Positions 19,961 to 30,451 of a DNA stretch of 64,000 bases are shown here, one piece after another. The stretch comes from an uncultured Gammaproteobacteria bacterium (lineage in GTDB: Bacteria > Pseudomonadota > Gammaproteobacteria > CAWCPV01), in NCBI GenBank assembly GCA_963797555.1, contig CAWCPV010000009.1, positions 192,001-256,000 on the forward strand, in the 5' to 3' direction. Below the pieces are notes generated by a model. It did not search any database. It was not told where the DNA came from and saw nothing but the letters and a program-made list of their open reading frames with translations. A program made the translations under genes and the position numbers. Each line of letters opens with the position of its first letter. Position 1 is the first letter of the stretch.

Positions 19961-20584
19961 ATGGGTCAAATATTGATTGCGACCTGCCTTGCGACAATCC
20001 TTTTCGTGGGCCAGCAGGCGATTGCGGCTGACCAGGCACAGAAGGCGGACGCTGCTGAGAGCAAGGCGAAGGTACTGGAACAGAACGCAGCGGCCGGGGG
20101 CAGCAAGGCACACCCTTCTAAGTCCGAGATCATCACCAAACCTGAATCGCAGGCGGTCGACCCTGTCGGCAAAGAGCCCTTGGATGAAGCAATCACCTGT
20201 CTTTCACGCACCATCTATTGGGAGACCAAGGGCGAGGATGCCGCCAGCATGGAAGCAGTCGCCAATGTTGTTATGAACCGGCTAGGACATAAGGGCTTTC
20301 CAAACACGATTTGTGAAGTTGTCAGGCAAGGCCACGAGCAGGGCGCCTGCCAGTTCTCCTGGTGGTGCGATGGCCGTTCAGATGACGCAGAGGATGAAAA
20401 ATCCTACGCGATAGCCAAGGAAATAGCTCGAAAAGCGCTCAATCGACAACTAAAAGACCGAACCGGTGGTGCAATGTATTTTCACAACAGGAAAGCAACC
20501 CCCAGTTGGTCCGCGGAATACATCAAGACAGTCGAGGTCGGCGAGTTTGTCTTCTACAAGCCTCACGGAGGCGCGGCAAAATAG
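19961..20584 (+). CDS. Cell wall hydrolase (SleB/Hydrolase_2 family), signal peptide
   Basis: AGGAGG RBS; CLSRTIYWETKGE, AVANVVMNR, FPNTICEVV, CQFSWWCDG and GAMYFH motifs. Confidence 0.88.
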   Translation: MGQILIATCLATILFVGQQAIAADQAQKADAAESKAKVLEQNAAAGGSKAHPSKSEIITKPESQAVDPVGKEPLDEAITCLSRTIYWETKGEDAASMEAVANVVMNRLGHKGFPNTICEVVRQGHEQGACQFSWWCDGRSDDAEDEKSYAIAKEIARKALNRQLKDRTGGAMYFHNRKATPSWSAEYIKTVEVGEFVFYKPHGGAAK

Positions 20585-20741
20585 GCCCAACGCATTCTGC
20601 CCGGCTTCGTCTGCATTCTATAAACCCATGGGGTCAGACCATGCTTGACGAGTTAAAGGGGCCAGGGTCGAATTACTTGCTCTTATACAAGGTCGTACGG
20701 CAAGTCTTCCGCTCAGCGCCGCTATGAGAGGAGAACCGTAA

Positions 20742-21188
20742 ATGTCTACAGGTACTGTGCGATTGCATCGTGTGCTCCGTGCGCCTCCGGAGCGTGTATA
20801 TCGGGCGTTCCTAGATGCCGACGCAATGGCAAAGTGGATACCGCCATACGGTTTCACCTGCAAGGTTCACCACATGGATGCCAAGGTCGGTGGCACTTTT
20901 AGGATGTCGTTCACGAATTTCACCACCGGGAACGGTCACTCCTTCGGTGGCGAGTATCTCGAACTTGTTCCTCACGAGCGAATTCGCTACACGGACAAAT
21001 TCGACGACCCGAACTTACCCGGGGAGATACAGGTGACGGTAGTCTTGACGAAGGTGTCCTGCGGCACTGAGATCAACATCGTGCAAGAAGGGCTGCCCGA
21101 AGTTATTCCCCTCGAGATGTGCTACCTCGGGTGGCAGGAGTCCCTTGCGCAACTCGCAACACTCGTCGAGCCCGAGATTCCAGGCTAG
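20742..21188 (+). CDS. SRPBCC/AHSA1 family protein
   Basis: LHRVLRAPPERVYRAF, VGGTFRMSF and GWQESL motifs. Confidence 0.9.
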   Translation: MSTGTVRLHRVLRAPPERVYRAFLDADAMAKWIPPYGFTCKVHHMDAKVGGTFRMSFTNFTTGNGHSFGGEYLELVPHERIRYTDKFDDPNLPGEIQVTVVLTKVSCGTEINIVQEGLPEVIPLEMCYLGWQESLAQLATLVEPEIPG

Positions 21189-21197
21189 CACCGTGAC

Positions 21198-21415
21198 GCC
21201 GAACCCCTCCATCAAACGGACCGGCTTACGGCGACACCCTTATACACAAATCAGCATCCTGCCGTCATTCCGGCATGGATTGCCGGAATCCAGGAGCCAG
21301 GAAGGCACTCCGACCACCACATCCCTGTGTTCTGGGTTCCGCCATTCCCTGGCGGAACGACGAGATGTGTATAACGGCATGGCCTACGGCCCGTCGCTTA
21401 CGTCGAACGTTGGGC
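21198..21415 (+). repeat. attC site interrupted by a MITE
   Basis: GCCGAAC-CCCTCCATCAAACGGAC...CGTCGCTTACGTCGAAC-GTTGGGC; 60 bp once the insert is removed. Confidence 0.78.
21233..21381. mobile_element. 149-bp MITE with IS50/Tn5-type 19-bp ends
   Basis: Ends GACACCCTTATACACAAAT and (rc) CATGCCGTTATACACATCT; 9-bp TSD GCTTACGGC/GCCTACGGC; internal CGTC-type palindromes. Confidence 0.8.
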
Positions 21416-21535
21416 GACAAGAGTCACCGATCAAAGCGCTCACGAATACACTCGAAAGGAGAGCTAACCGGTCATGGCGACTCTCGCCGCCCCGGACAAT
21501 GAAAGCGCGCACGCCATGACCGGTTCCCTCACCTC

Positions 21536-21650
21536 TAGCCCTCTCCCGCGCCTCACCCCCGGCCCCTCTCCACAGTCGTGGAGAGGGGTGCGATCGCTCC
21601 CTTCCCCACTTGGTGGGGAAGGGTCGGGGAAGGGGCCGGGCGAGGGGGAG
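21536..21650. repeat. CCCTCTCC/GGAGAGGG-type palindromic repeat cluster
   Basis: CCCCTCTCCAC...GTGGAGAGGGG and CCCTTCCCCAC...GTGGGGAAGGG hairpins. Confidence 0.6.
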
Positions 21651-21679
21651 TTTGTGGCGCCTTCGGCGCACTTTCACGT

Positions 21680-21960
21680 CAAAATCTCTGCGCGGGCTCT
21701 CCGCCCAGATCGAGGCGGTTGCCGCGTGGTGGGCGAAGAACCGGCCTTCTGCACCCGACGCGGTGCGTCGCTATGTCATCGAGATTCTGGCTCTGCTCTG
21801 TGTTCCGCCTGGGGCCGGCGCGACACAGTCGTGTGCGAGGGGGTGCGTCGCGGTTCTGCCGCGGATTCGGTACTACCTCTGCCATCGCGTGTCGGGCAGT
21901 GCTCCGGAAGTGATCGCCTTCCGGCACAGGAGTCGAAGTCGACAACCGTCCGGGTTCTGA
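21680..21960 (+). pseudogene. Degenerate RelE/ParE-like toxin cassette
   Basis: AQIEAVAAWWAKNRPSAP...LPRIRYYL...EVIAFRHRSR. Confidence 0.55.
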
Positions 21961-21970
21961 ATGGAGCCCC

Positions 21971-22065
21971 GCCGAACCCCGCGCTCAAGCGGACGCGGCG
22001 AGAAGCGGTGCCCCTCTCTACTGGCGTGGTGCCGGTGGGCTGCTTCGTGCGAACGCCGGTTGGGC
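21971..22065 (+). repeat. Degenerate attC-like site
   Basis: GCCGAAC-CCCGCGCTCAAGCGGACGC ... GTTGGGC directly after the toxin remnant. Confidence 0.5.
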
Positions 22066-22443
22066 CGTGAAAAACCACGTCCCGTGGCGTACCCCGGACA
22101 TTCCTTGTCGGTCCAGACGACACCCTGTACCAGTAACCTTGCACCGGGTGTCCCGATCCGACCCGAGCGATGGCAGGCGCTGCGAATCGGTCGCAAACGT
22201 GAAATGATCTGCCAGGCACGCAACGACTCGGGAGTCACATCGGATGATCAGGTACTTCTTCGCGGTGCTCACCCGCAACTGGCCGACTATGGCAGGCGCC
22301 TCGGTCGCGGCCGTCGGGTCAGAGTCTGGATCAGAGTCGATTTATTCATACGGGGCGGGTGGTAAGGCAGGATTCATCCGGCCTGGGCGGGACAAGTCCC
22401 GCCCTTCGGATTCTTTTTCACAACCTCTCAGGCGAGGGATGCG

Positions 22444-23454
22444 ATGAGCGTGACAGTCCGCGTCCGGTCCAGCGGCCACGAGCTGTCGGTCGAAGAGGGC
22501 GAGACCATCCTCGACGCCGCCCTTCGGCACGGGCTTGCCTTTCCCTACGGCTGCCGCAACGGCCAGTGCGGCTCCTGCAAGGGAAAAGTCCTCGAGGGTG
22601 CGTTCGAGTACGTGGCGGAGCCCAAGGCGCTGAGTGACATGGAGCGGTCCCGGGGCTACGCGCTGTTTTGCCGCGCGCGGCCGCTGCAGGACCTCGTGAT
22701 CGAGGTCCGCGAGATCGGCAGGGCGGGAGACATCGTGGTGCGCACCCTGCCGTGCCGCGTGATCAGGATGGAGCATCTGGCCCCCGACGTGATGGGGCTG
22801 TGGCTGAAGCTGCCGGCGACCGAGCGCCTGCAGTACCTCGCCGGCCAGTACATCGACGTGTTGCTGCGCGATGGGCGGCGGCGCAGCTACTCCATGGCCA
22901 ACGCCCCTCATCACGACGAGTTGCTGGAGCTGCACTTGCGCTACGTTCCGGGGGGTGCTTTCACCGGGCATGTGTTCCACGACATGAAGGAGAAGGCCAT
23001 CCTGCGCATCGAGGGTCCACTCGGCAGCTTCTATCTGCGAGAAGACTCGGAGCGGCCCATGATCTTCGTGGCCGGCGGTACCGGCTTCGCGCCCATCAAG
23101 GCCATGCTGGAGCACGCCTTGGCCGCCGCCATCACCCGCCCCATGCACCTCTACTGGGGGGTGCGGGCGCGCCGCGACCTCTACCTGGACACGGTGCCGG
23201 GCGCCTGGGCGGAGGAGCACAGCCACTTCACCTATTCCCCGGTGCTGTCGGAGCCGCTCCCCGAGGACCGCTGGGGAGGGCGGACGGGGTTCGTCCACGA
23301 AGCGGTGGCCGCCGACTACCCCGACCTGAGCGGCCACGAGGTCTACGTCAGCGGCCCCCCGGTGATGGTGGACGCCGCCCGCGCGGCGTTCGTGGCCCGC
23401 GGTCTGGACCTGGATCATTTCTACTCGGACGCCTTCGTCTACGCCGCGGATTAG
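22444..23454 (+). CDS. 2Fe-2S/FAD/NAD oxidoreductase (CDP-6-deoxy-delta-3,4-glucoseen reductase family)
   Basis: CRNGQCGSC, RRSYSMAN, AGGTGFAPIK and SGPPVM motifs. Confidence 0.88.
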   Translation: MSVTVRVRSSGHELSVEEGETILDAALRHGLAFPYGCRNGQCGSCKGKVLEGAFEYVAEPKALSDMERSRGYALFCRARPLQDLVIEVREIGRAGDIVVRTLPCRVIRMEHLAPDVMGLWLKLPATERLQYLAGQYIDVLLRDGRRRSYSMANAPHHDELLELHLRYVPGGAFTGHVFHDMKEKAILRIEGPLGSFYLREDSERPMIFVAGGTGFAPIKAMLEHALAAAITRPMHLYWGVRARRDLYLDTVPGAWAEEHSHFTYSPVLSEPLPEDRWGGRTGFVHEAVAADYPDLSGHEVYVSGPPVMVDAARAAFVARGLDLDHFYSDAFVYAAD

Positions 23455-23647
23455 CGCTCGACAACCGGGGCATTCCCTGGCCTCCCGCTCCAGCCCAATA
23501 CAGCTCTGGGTCGTGGCAGTACCGCACATACACCCATGCCGCGCCCTCCCTGACCATCTCCGTGTTCATGTAGGCCGCGGTAGTACACGCGGCCCAGCAT
23601 GCCGCCGGCTCGCTCGCTAGGGGGGTCCTTTACCCCCCCAGGCCCGA

Positions 23648-23671
23648 AGAAGCGGCCCTCAGGCCGCTTCT
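23648..23671. terminator. Hairpin between convergent genes
   Basis: AGAAGCGGCC-CTCA-GGCCGCTTCT. Confidence 0.45.
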
Positions 23672-23693
23672 CTGGCAACCAATCCGAGGCTAA

Positions 23694-23905
23694 CTAACCT
23701 CCCAAGCCGCATTCCAGGAGCGGCCGGGGCTTGATGTGTCGAGGCTCATAGTCCGACAAGTCCTTGTCGCCGAAGGCGAACACGTAGAACTGGTTCGGGT
23801 TGGGGACGGTCCTGCCAGTAGACCAGGTGGATCGGCAATGGTGCCGAGGGAGTCGTTGTCATTAGCCAGGTAAAGGGTGTGTTTCGTTACGCCGTCGATG
23901 ATCGC
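23694..23905 (-). pseudogene. C-terminal remnant of a phytase-like esterase family gene
   Basis: IDGVTKHTLYLANDND and NPNQFYVFAFGD in shifted frames, overlapping the 3' extension of glgP. Confidence 0.45.
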
Positions 23906-26678
23906 CTCCAACACCGTCGGCCGCGTCACCAACAAGGTCATGGAAGGTCTCGCCATCACCCGGCGCAATCCTCGGCAATCCGTCCAGGTCAATCCCGACA
24001 GGCGATACCCGCCACGTATCCTCACAGTACTCACGAATCGTGCGGTCGGATGAGAACTTTCCCGATCGCGCGCTGTTGAGGACCGACATGCGCGTCCAGC
24101 GCTCCCTGTCGCGGTAGACCAGCCCGACCCGGTCCTGACAATCACGGTAAGACGCGTAATCTGCCAGCACCAGGTAGGGATCGGCATAGAGCAGATTGTC
24201 CACGATCGGGCGAAACAGGTCCGCATCGCCGTGTGTAAAGAACCCACTGCGGATCAAGTCGAGCGATTCGCGCAACTCCGCGTTCTCGCGGTAGTGCTGC
24301 TGGGGGCGATAACCGTTCGCCTTCGCGGCTTGCACCTGCTGCGCGGTCAGGCCGAACAGGAAGAAATTCTCCGCTCCCACCTCTTCGCAGATCTCGATGT
24401 TGGCCCCGTCGAGGGTGCCGATGGTGAGAGCGCCGTTCATCGTGAACTTCATGTTGCCGGTGCCGGAGGCTTCCTTGCCGGCGGTGGAAATCTGCTCGGA
24501 CAGCTCGGCGGCCGGGTATATGCGCTGCGCCTGGCCGACGTTGAAGTTCGGCAGAAACACCACGCGCAAACGGTCGCGCACGGCGCGGTCGCGATTGACC
24601 GTCTGAGCCACGGCGTTGATGAGCTTGATGATGAGCTTGGCCATCCGATATCCCGGCGCGGCCTTGCCGGCGAAAAAGAAAGTGCGCGGCTGCACATCGA
24701 GACCGGGATCGGTCCTAAGCCGGTGGTAGAGGCTGATGACGTGCAGGATGTTGAGGTGCTGGCGCTTGTACTCGTGAATCCGCTTGATCTGCACGTCGAA
24801 CAGCGAGTCCGGATCCACGCCGATGCCAGTCTGGCGGCGCACGAACGTGGCGAAGTCATGTTTCGTCGCGCGTTTCACGCTCCGCCAGCGGGCGCGGAAC
24901 GCCGCGTCGTCGGCCAGGGGCTCGAGCGCGCGCAATCGATCGAGGTCGGTCACCCATTGTTCCCCGATCGCCTCGCGAATCAGTTTCGTCAGGCGCGGAT
25001 TGCTGAGCACCATCCAGCGGCGCGGCGTGACGCCGTTGGTCTTGTTGCTGAACTTGTGCGGCCAGAGCTCGAAAAAGTCCCTGAGCACGTCCTGCTTCAG
25101 CAACCCGGTGTGCAAGGCGGCGACGCCGTTGACGGCGTGGCTGCCCACACAGGCGAGGTGGGCCATCCGCACGTAGCCCTCGCCCTGCTCGTCTATGAGC
25201 GACAGGTTCGCAACCCGCTCGTCGTCGTTCGACAAACGTCGGCGCACCTCATCGAGGTGACGGTGGTTGATCTCGTAGATGATTTCCAGGTGACGAGGCA
25301 ACAGTGCCCCGAACAGACCGAGCGGCCAGCGCTCCAGGGCTTCGGGCAGCAGCGTGTGGTTGGTGTAGGCGAAGGTGCGCTCGGTGATGGACCACGCCTG
25401 CTCCCACGGCAGGCCGCCTTCGTCCACCAGCAGGCGCATCAGCTCGGCGACGGCGATCGCCGGGTGCGTGTCGTTGAGCTGGACCGTGAACTTCTCGTGG
25501 AAGCGCTCTAGCGGGATGCGTTGCACGCGCATGATCCGCAGCATGTCCCGCAGCGAGCACGATACGAAGAAATATTGCTGCTCCAGCCGTAACTGCTTGC
25601 CCTGCAACGGCTCGTCGTTCGGGTAGAGCACCTTGGTGAGGGTCTCGGAAGCCACCTTCTGCTCGACCGCGCGATAATAGTCCCCGCGGTTGAACTCCGC
25701 GAAGTTGAAGGACTCGGGCGCCTCGGCGCTCCACAGCCGCAACGTATTGGCCGTATTCGTGCGGTAGCCGAGGATAGACGTGTCATAGGGAATACCGAGC
25801 ACGGTTCGCTCCGGCACCCAGCGCACGTGGCTGCGCCCGTGGACGTCCGTGTAGCGCTCCGTGCGTCCGCCGAACTTCACCTCGACCGCCCATTCCGGGC
25901 GCGCGATCTCCCAGGGATTCCCGAAGCGCAGCCACTTGTCGGTCTTCTCGACCTGCCAGCCGTCCACGATCGTTTGTTCGAAAATCCCGAATTCGTAGCG
26001 GATGCCGTAGCCGAGGGTTGGCACATGAAGTGTGGCGAGCGAGTCGAGAAAGCACGCCGCCAACCGACCGAGGCCACCGTTGCCGAGGCCGGGCTCCGGC
26101 TCCTCCTGCAACAGCTCCTCCAGCACCAGTCCGAACTCGGCCATCGCCTGGCGGACAGTGTCGTGTACGCCGAGGTTGACCAGGTTATTGCCGAGGTGCG
26201 GCCCCATCAGGAACTCGGCCGACAGGTAGGCGACGGTGCGTGAGCCCTGCGCCGTGTAAGTATTGGCCGTGCTTACCCAACGTTTGAGCACCTGATCGCG
26301 CACCGTGTAGGCGAGCGCGAGATAGAAGTCGTGGCGGGTCGCGAGCGCCGGAAACTTGCCCAGAACGTGAAACAGATTGTGGAGGAAGGCGCGCTTGATC
26401 GCGTCCTTGCCGAAGCCCCAACCGGGGCTGACCTCATGGGAGGGCGAACGAGCGAAGCGCGTAGGGATTCCGCCATGCCTCGGCTCGATCCGGTCGCCGA
26501 ATGGATTGCACACACTTCCCACCGCGGGATGCGCGGCGGATGCGGCTACCCACGGCTGGTTGTCACTGTGACCCACGTCGGTTTCTCCGCATCCGCTGTG
26601 CGCGGTCCCACCGTCGGGTGCTGCCCACAGCGTTCCACCATCCGGGCGACAACGGTCGCGTCTGGTCGGCACTCCCAC
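23862..26678 (-). CDS. glgP: Glycogen/alpha-glucan phosphorylase
   Basis: GLGNGGLGRLAACF, QLNDTHP, KRIHEYKRQ, EASGTGNMK and FSSDRTI motifs; true start probably downstream of 26678. Confidence 0.95.
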   Translation of the reverse strand: MGVPTRRDRCRPDGGTLWAAPDGGTAHSGCGETDVGHSDNQPWVAASAAHPAVGSVCNPFGDRIEPRHGGIPTRFARSPSHEVSPGWGFGKDAIKRAFLHNLFHVLGKFPALATRHDFYLALAYTVRDQVLKRWVSTANTYTAQGSRTVAYLSAEFLMGPHLGNNLVNLGVHDTVRQAMAEFGLVLEELLQEEPEPGLGNGGLGRLAACFLDSLATLHVPTLGYGIRYEFGIFEQTIVDGWQVEKTDKWLRFGNPWEIARPEWAVEVKFGGRTERYTDVHGRSHVRWVPERTVLGIPYDTSILGYRTNTANTLRLWSAEAPESFNFAEFNRGDYYRAVEQKVASETLTKVLYPNDEPLQGKQLRLEQQYFFVSCSLRDMLRIMRVQRIPLERFHEKFTVQLNDTHPAIAVAELMRLLVDEGGLPWEQAWSITERTFAYTNHTLLPEALERWPLGLFGALLPRHLEIIYEINHRHLDEVRRRLSNDDERVANLSLIDEQGEGYVRMAHLACVGSHAVNGVAALHTGLLKQDVLRDFFELWPHKFSNKTNGVTPRRWMVLSNPRLTKLIREAIGEQWVTDLDRLRALEPLADDAAFRARWRSVKRATKHDFATFVRRQTGIGVDPDSLFDVQIKRIHEYKRQHLNILHVISLYHRLRTDPGLDVQPRTFFFAGKAAPGYRMAKLIIKLINAVAQTVNRDRAVRDRLRVVFLPNFNVGQAQRIYPAAELSEQISTAGKEASGTGNMKFTMNGALTIGTLDGANIEICEEVGAENFFLFGLTAQQVQAAKANGYRPQQHYRENAELRESLDLIRSGFFTHGDADLFRPIVDNLLYADPYLVLADYASYRDCQDRVGLVYRDRERWTRMSVLNSARSGKFSSDRTIREYCEDTWRVSPVGIDLDGLPRIAPGDGETFHDLVGDAADGVGGDHRRRNETHPLPG

Positions 26679-26689
26679 GCGTCGCGGCC

Positions 26690-27240
26690 TGCACCGTTCT
26701 TTCGTCCGCCCGGTAATGGTGCTTCATCATCCGCCGTCGATCACCCAATTCGTAGACCGGCGAAATACCGGTCGGGGCGTTGGGTTCCACGATCGCCTCG
26801 TCTCAAATGTCATGGAGCTGCTTCACGAACGCACGCAGACTGATCCGCCGCCCGGCGCGACGCTGCGACTGTAGGGCCTTCGGTCCAACCGTCACGGACA
26901 CGCACCAGCGTGTCGTCGAGCGATTCGCTATCCGGCGGCCGCTCGGCAGGCAGCCGCTGCTAACGCTCGTCGAAACGCGGGTGCTGCGGGGTCGTTCGCA
27001 TCGAGCGGCGGAGGCCACACCCGGTCTCCCTTCTCCACTCGTGGGCCTGATCGGCGGCCGGCACTTCGCGCTGGTCTCGGCCTTGTTGAGGCCCTGCAAG
27101 GCACGGTAGTGGCGCTCGTTCAGCCGCCAGTCCTTCACGACCGGCAACCACTGGCAGTCGATCGTGTGCTGCACGATCCAGAGCGGGCGAATCGCGCGGC
27201 GCAACAAAGGCAATGTCGAACTGAAAACCGTTGTCGCGCA
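26690..27240 (-). pseudogene. gpmA: 2,3-BPG-dependent phosphoglycerate mutase remnant
   Basis: [26 protein letters not shown] and a degenerate C-terminus NAPTGISPVYEL. Confidence 0.75.
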
Positions 27241-28020
27241 GACGCGTACGGGCGTCGCGCCTCTCCTAGCAACCCTTCGGCGAGAGATCCACATCGGTCC
27301 AGCCAGTGAACCGGTCTTCCCGGTTCGAAGTGCTCTCGCAGTGGCGTAGCAAAACGAGCTTCAACAAGGCTATCCCCGTCTATCGCCGTGCGGTCGACCC
27401 GACTGGGCCGATGCGCGTTGTGACACATGTCTGTTCGTACCGTAGGCAATAAGCAGCAAGAACTGCACCACTGCCGCCTGCCACACATAAGTGGGCGCCG
27501 CTATTCAAAATCTCTCGTCACCGGCGTTTCCGGTCGCGTTTGCTCGGCACTTTCTTGGTGCAACCAACACGCGTCGCGCTCCTCCGTCGTGCAGCCCCGG
27601 CACACGCGCTCGAATGACCCAAGTATTCCGAGAGATTCCCCGCAGCTCGTGCCAGTGGTCCCGCTCAGGCGCGAAGTGGACGTAGCGCTTCGAGCGAGCG
27701 AACGTCCCCGGTTGGACAAGGGGGCAGGCTGTGAACGGCTCAGACTCCTCGGAAATGCCCGCTCCCGGCGCCCGGACTCCCCGCCTTGACTACGGACCGG
27801 ACCTATTGGCGCGAGTGGCCACAAGCGAGGTGAGAAGCGTACAACCGGCGGGCGATCTGCGGCCCCAGGACCTCGCCTTGCGGTATCTCCGGAGGGCGCG
27901 CCCGAAGGCCCCGCGCACAGGGGGCCCGTTTCCCGGCCGCAGCCCCCCTGTTACCATACGCGGGTAGGTTCAGGGCGGTCGGAACCGCCCAGACCGCTAG
28001 GCAGGGACGAAGTCGACAAG

Positions 28021-28740
28021 ATGTCGAGCAGTTCGCGTTGGTTGTTGTTGGCGGGCCTGGCGTGCCTCGGCGGGTGCGGCGGCTCCGATGAGGTGTACAA
28101 GCGCGAGACCTTCGCGCTGGATAGCCCCTTTCAGCTACCCACCACGGTACCGGCAGGCATCGCCTGCGAGAGCGCGCGGCGGGCGCTGCTCGGCCAGGGC
28201 TACGTGATCGAGTCCGCCAATGCCGGCGCCGTCAAGGGGAAGAAGGCATTCCGCGGCTCGGGTGACGAGACCACCGTCCTCGAGATGAACATCGTGTGCA
28301 TCGACAGGGGGGCGGCGTCGACCGTCTTTGCCAATGCCATCGAGACGATCTACACGGTCAAGAAGAGTGCACAGTCTGCCAGCGTGGGCGTTCCGATATT
28401 CGGCTCCCTTTCCGTGCCCCTGAGCGGCAGCAGCGATTCCATGGTGAAAGTCGGCGACGCAACCGTCAACGACAAGGCATTTTATCAGCGCTTCTTCGCG
28501 GTCGTGGACTACTACCTCGCGCAGCTTGCGGAGACCCGAGAGCCGCCGCCGAAGTCCTCCGCGCCGCAGCCCTCGACCGAGCCGCAGGCCCCGAAGCCAT
28601 CGGTGGTGCCGCCCGCGGCCCAGCCCCCTGCGCGCCCGCAGCCTGCCACGCCAGCAGGCAAGCCCGAGCCCGTGTCCCCGCAGGCACCGGGCGGCGAACC
28701 CCCGGCGTCCGCACCGGCGCGCAAGCTCGTCCCGATCTGA
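28021..28740 (+). CDS. DUF2242-like lipoprotein with Pro-rich tail
   Basis: Lipobox LGGC; CESARRALLGQGY, SASVGV and FYQRFF motifs. Confidence 0.75.
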   Translation: MSSSSRWLLLAGLACLGGCGGSDEVYKRETFALDSPFQLPTTVPAGIACESARRALLGQGYVIESANAGAVKGKKAFRGSGDETTVLEMNIVCIDRGAASTVFANAIETIYTVKKSAQSASVGVPIFGSLSVPLSGSSDSMVKVGDATVNDKAFYQRFFAVVDYYLAQLAETREPPPKSSAPQPSTEPQAPKPSVVPPAAQPPARPQPATPAGKPEPVSPQAPGGEPPASAPARKLVPI

Positions 28741-29391
28741 AGGCGGGCGCCGCACCGCCACCGGGCCGGCACGGAGCAGCAACGGTAGCCCGGATGCAGC
28801 AGCGCGGAATCCGGGACAACGCACGACAGTCGATGAACGCCGCGACGGGGTTCGCGAGCCGCTCATCCGGTTCCCTTGGCCGTGAGCGAAACGCCACGTG
28901 CGCGTCCGCGTGAGCAACCCGTCTCTTCGACGATGATGCCGAACGGCCGGTCGCGTTGGGCCAGGGGCAATACCCGCAGCAGCCCAAGGTGCCGGACCAA
29001 CAGACCGGTGCCGCTGGATGCCTACGGCTGGATCGGCATCCCAACCGCCTATGGGCTCCTGCTCGACTCCGAGGAAGAGGGAATGACGAGGAGGGCGGCA
29101 GCCGCCGCAAGAGGCTCTGGCCCCACCTTGACCGGACGAAGTGCTGGCGCGCCTGTCGGTCTGAACGCCCGGCGTGGCGAGGAAGAGCACGTGTCGGGCC
29201 TCGCCATTCAGACCCGGACCGGCCGGTCCGGGAGCACTGGCCCCGGACGAAAGCGGCTCGAACCGAGGCGGGTTCCGCGGGTGGGCCGTTCGCGGGGCCG
29301 CAGGGCCCACAGGCGGGTGACCCCTCATGGACTTGCCCCGTCCAGTGCGCCCAGGTATGTAATACCGCATTACATCGATAGGGAGGCTGTC

Positions 29392-29631
29392 ATGGCGCTG
29401 TCGGTCAGGCTGGACCCAATTCTGGGGGCACAGATCGCTCAGGAGGCGAAACGGCTCGGCATCACCAAGTCCGAGTTCATCACGGACACGCTGGCGCGCG
29501 CGCTGGGGTTCAAGAGCCCCGCCGAACTGCTCGAGGAGGTGAGAAGCGGAACGCCGATGGGCGACCCGCACGCCTCCGAAAACGTATCGCAAAAGGTGCG
29601 GGCAAAGCTGCGTGCGAAGCGTCCTGCTTGA
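29392..29631 (+). CDS. Ribbon-helix-helix (CopG) antitoxin
   Basis: MALSVRLD...AKRLGITKSEFI; GGAGG RBS; overlaps the PIN gene. Confidence 0.8.
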   Translation: MALSVRLDPILGAQIAQEAKRLGITKSEFITDTLARALGFKSPAELLEEVRSGTPMGDPHASENVSQKVRAKLRAKRPA

Positions 29632-30031
29632 TGCCGGGGCACGGATCGCCCTGTTCGCGGTAGACGACCGACACCACACGCACTTCGACCGCCTGGTCAC
29701 CGAGCTTACAGGGGCAGGGCTGCGGCTGCTGACCACTTGGCCCTGCGTGGTCGAGGCCTGTCACCTGCTCGGTGTGCCGCCGCGCTTCGAGCTGCTGCTC
29801 TGGATAGAGCCGCGCGGTGCGCTGGTGTATACCTTCGAGCCTCATCATCTGGCCGATATGGTCCGCTGGATGCAGCGCTACACGGAGCCGGGCAAACGGG
29901 AGATGGACCTCGCCGATGCGTCGCTCTGCTGGCTGGCGGCCGAGACCGGGATTACGGACATCATGACCGTGGACGCCGCCGACTTCTCGCGCTACCGACT
30001 GCCTGATGGGCGGGCATTCGTGCTCCTGTGA
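29612..30031 (+). CDS. PIN domain (VapC-like) toxin
   Basis: LLDAG, TTWPCVVEA, MDLADASL and TVD..DF..YR motifs. Confidence 0.85.
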   Translation: MRSVLLDAGARIALFAVDDRHHTHFDRLVTELTGAGLRLLTTWPCVVEACHLLGVPPRFELLLWIEPRGALVYTFEPHHLADMVRWMQRYTEPGKREMDLADASLCWLAAETGITDIMTVDAADFSRYRLPDGRAFVLL

Positions 30032-30451
30032 GGACCGCGGGAATGAATTCCGCTGGCAGAGTGCATGGGCACGGCGGGGAGCGGGCAGGAGCCGATTCTG
30101 GAGCCGCGGGTTAGGGACACGGAGGAGACGTGGGGGGCAAGTGCCATGCTCGCTTCCCCCATTTCCACATAGCGTTCGGGGACAGTCCCCGCATGGGAGT
30201 GCAGGATGTTACAGGGATGGACCTGACCCCCAAGGCTGACCATACAGGGGCGCGCCCTACCTGGACGCTCACTGCATCGACCCTGATAATAACTTACGGT
30301 CGACAGTCTGTTTCTCAAACCGCAGTGTGTCTTCGATGCTCAGCAGGTCCTAGCTTACCGCGATGGAAACCCGACAGATTGCGGTCTGTGAAACCGATGA
30401 CTCGCTGACTACACCGACGCTGGATCTGGTGTTCTTCAAGGCTGGTTGATC

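Noticed and set aside
23460-23700. Structured ncRNA between the reductase and glgP
   Set aside because: Several hairpins but no recognisable family; explained by a terminator and a gene remnant
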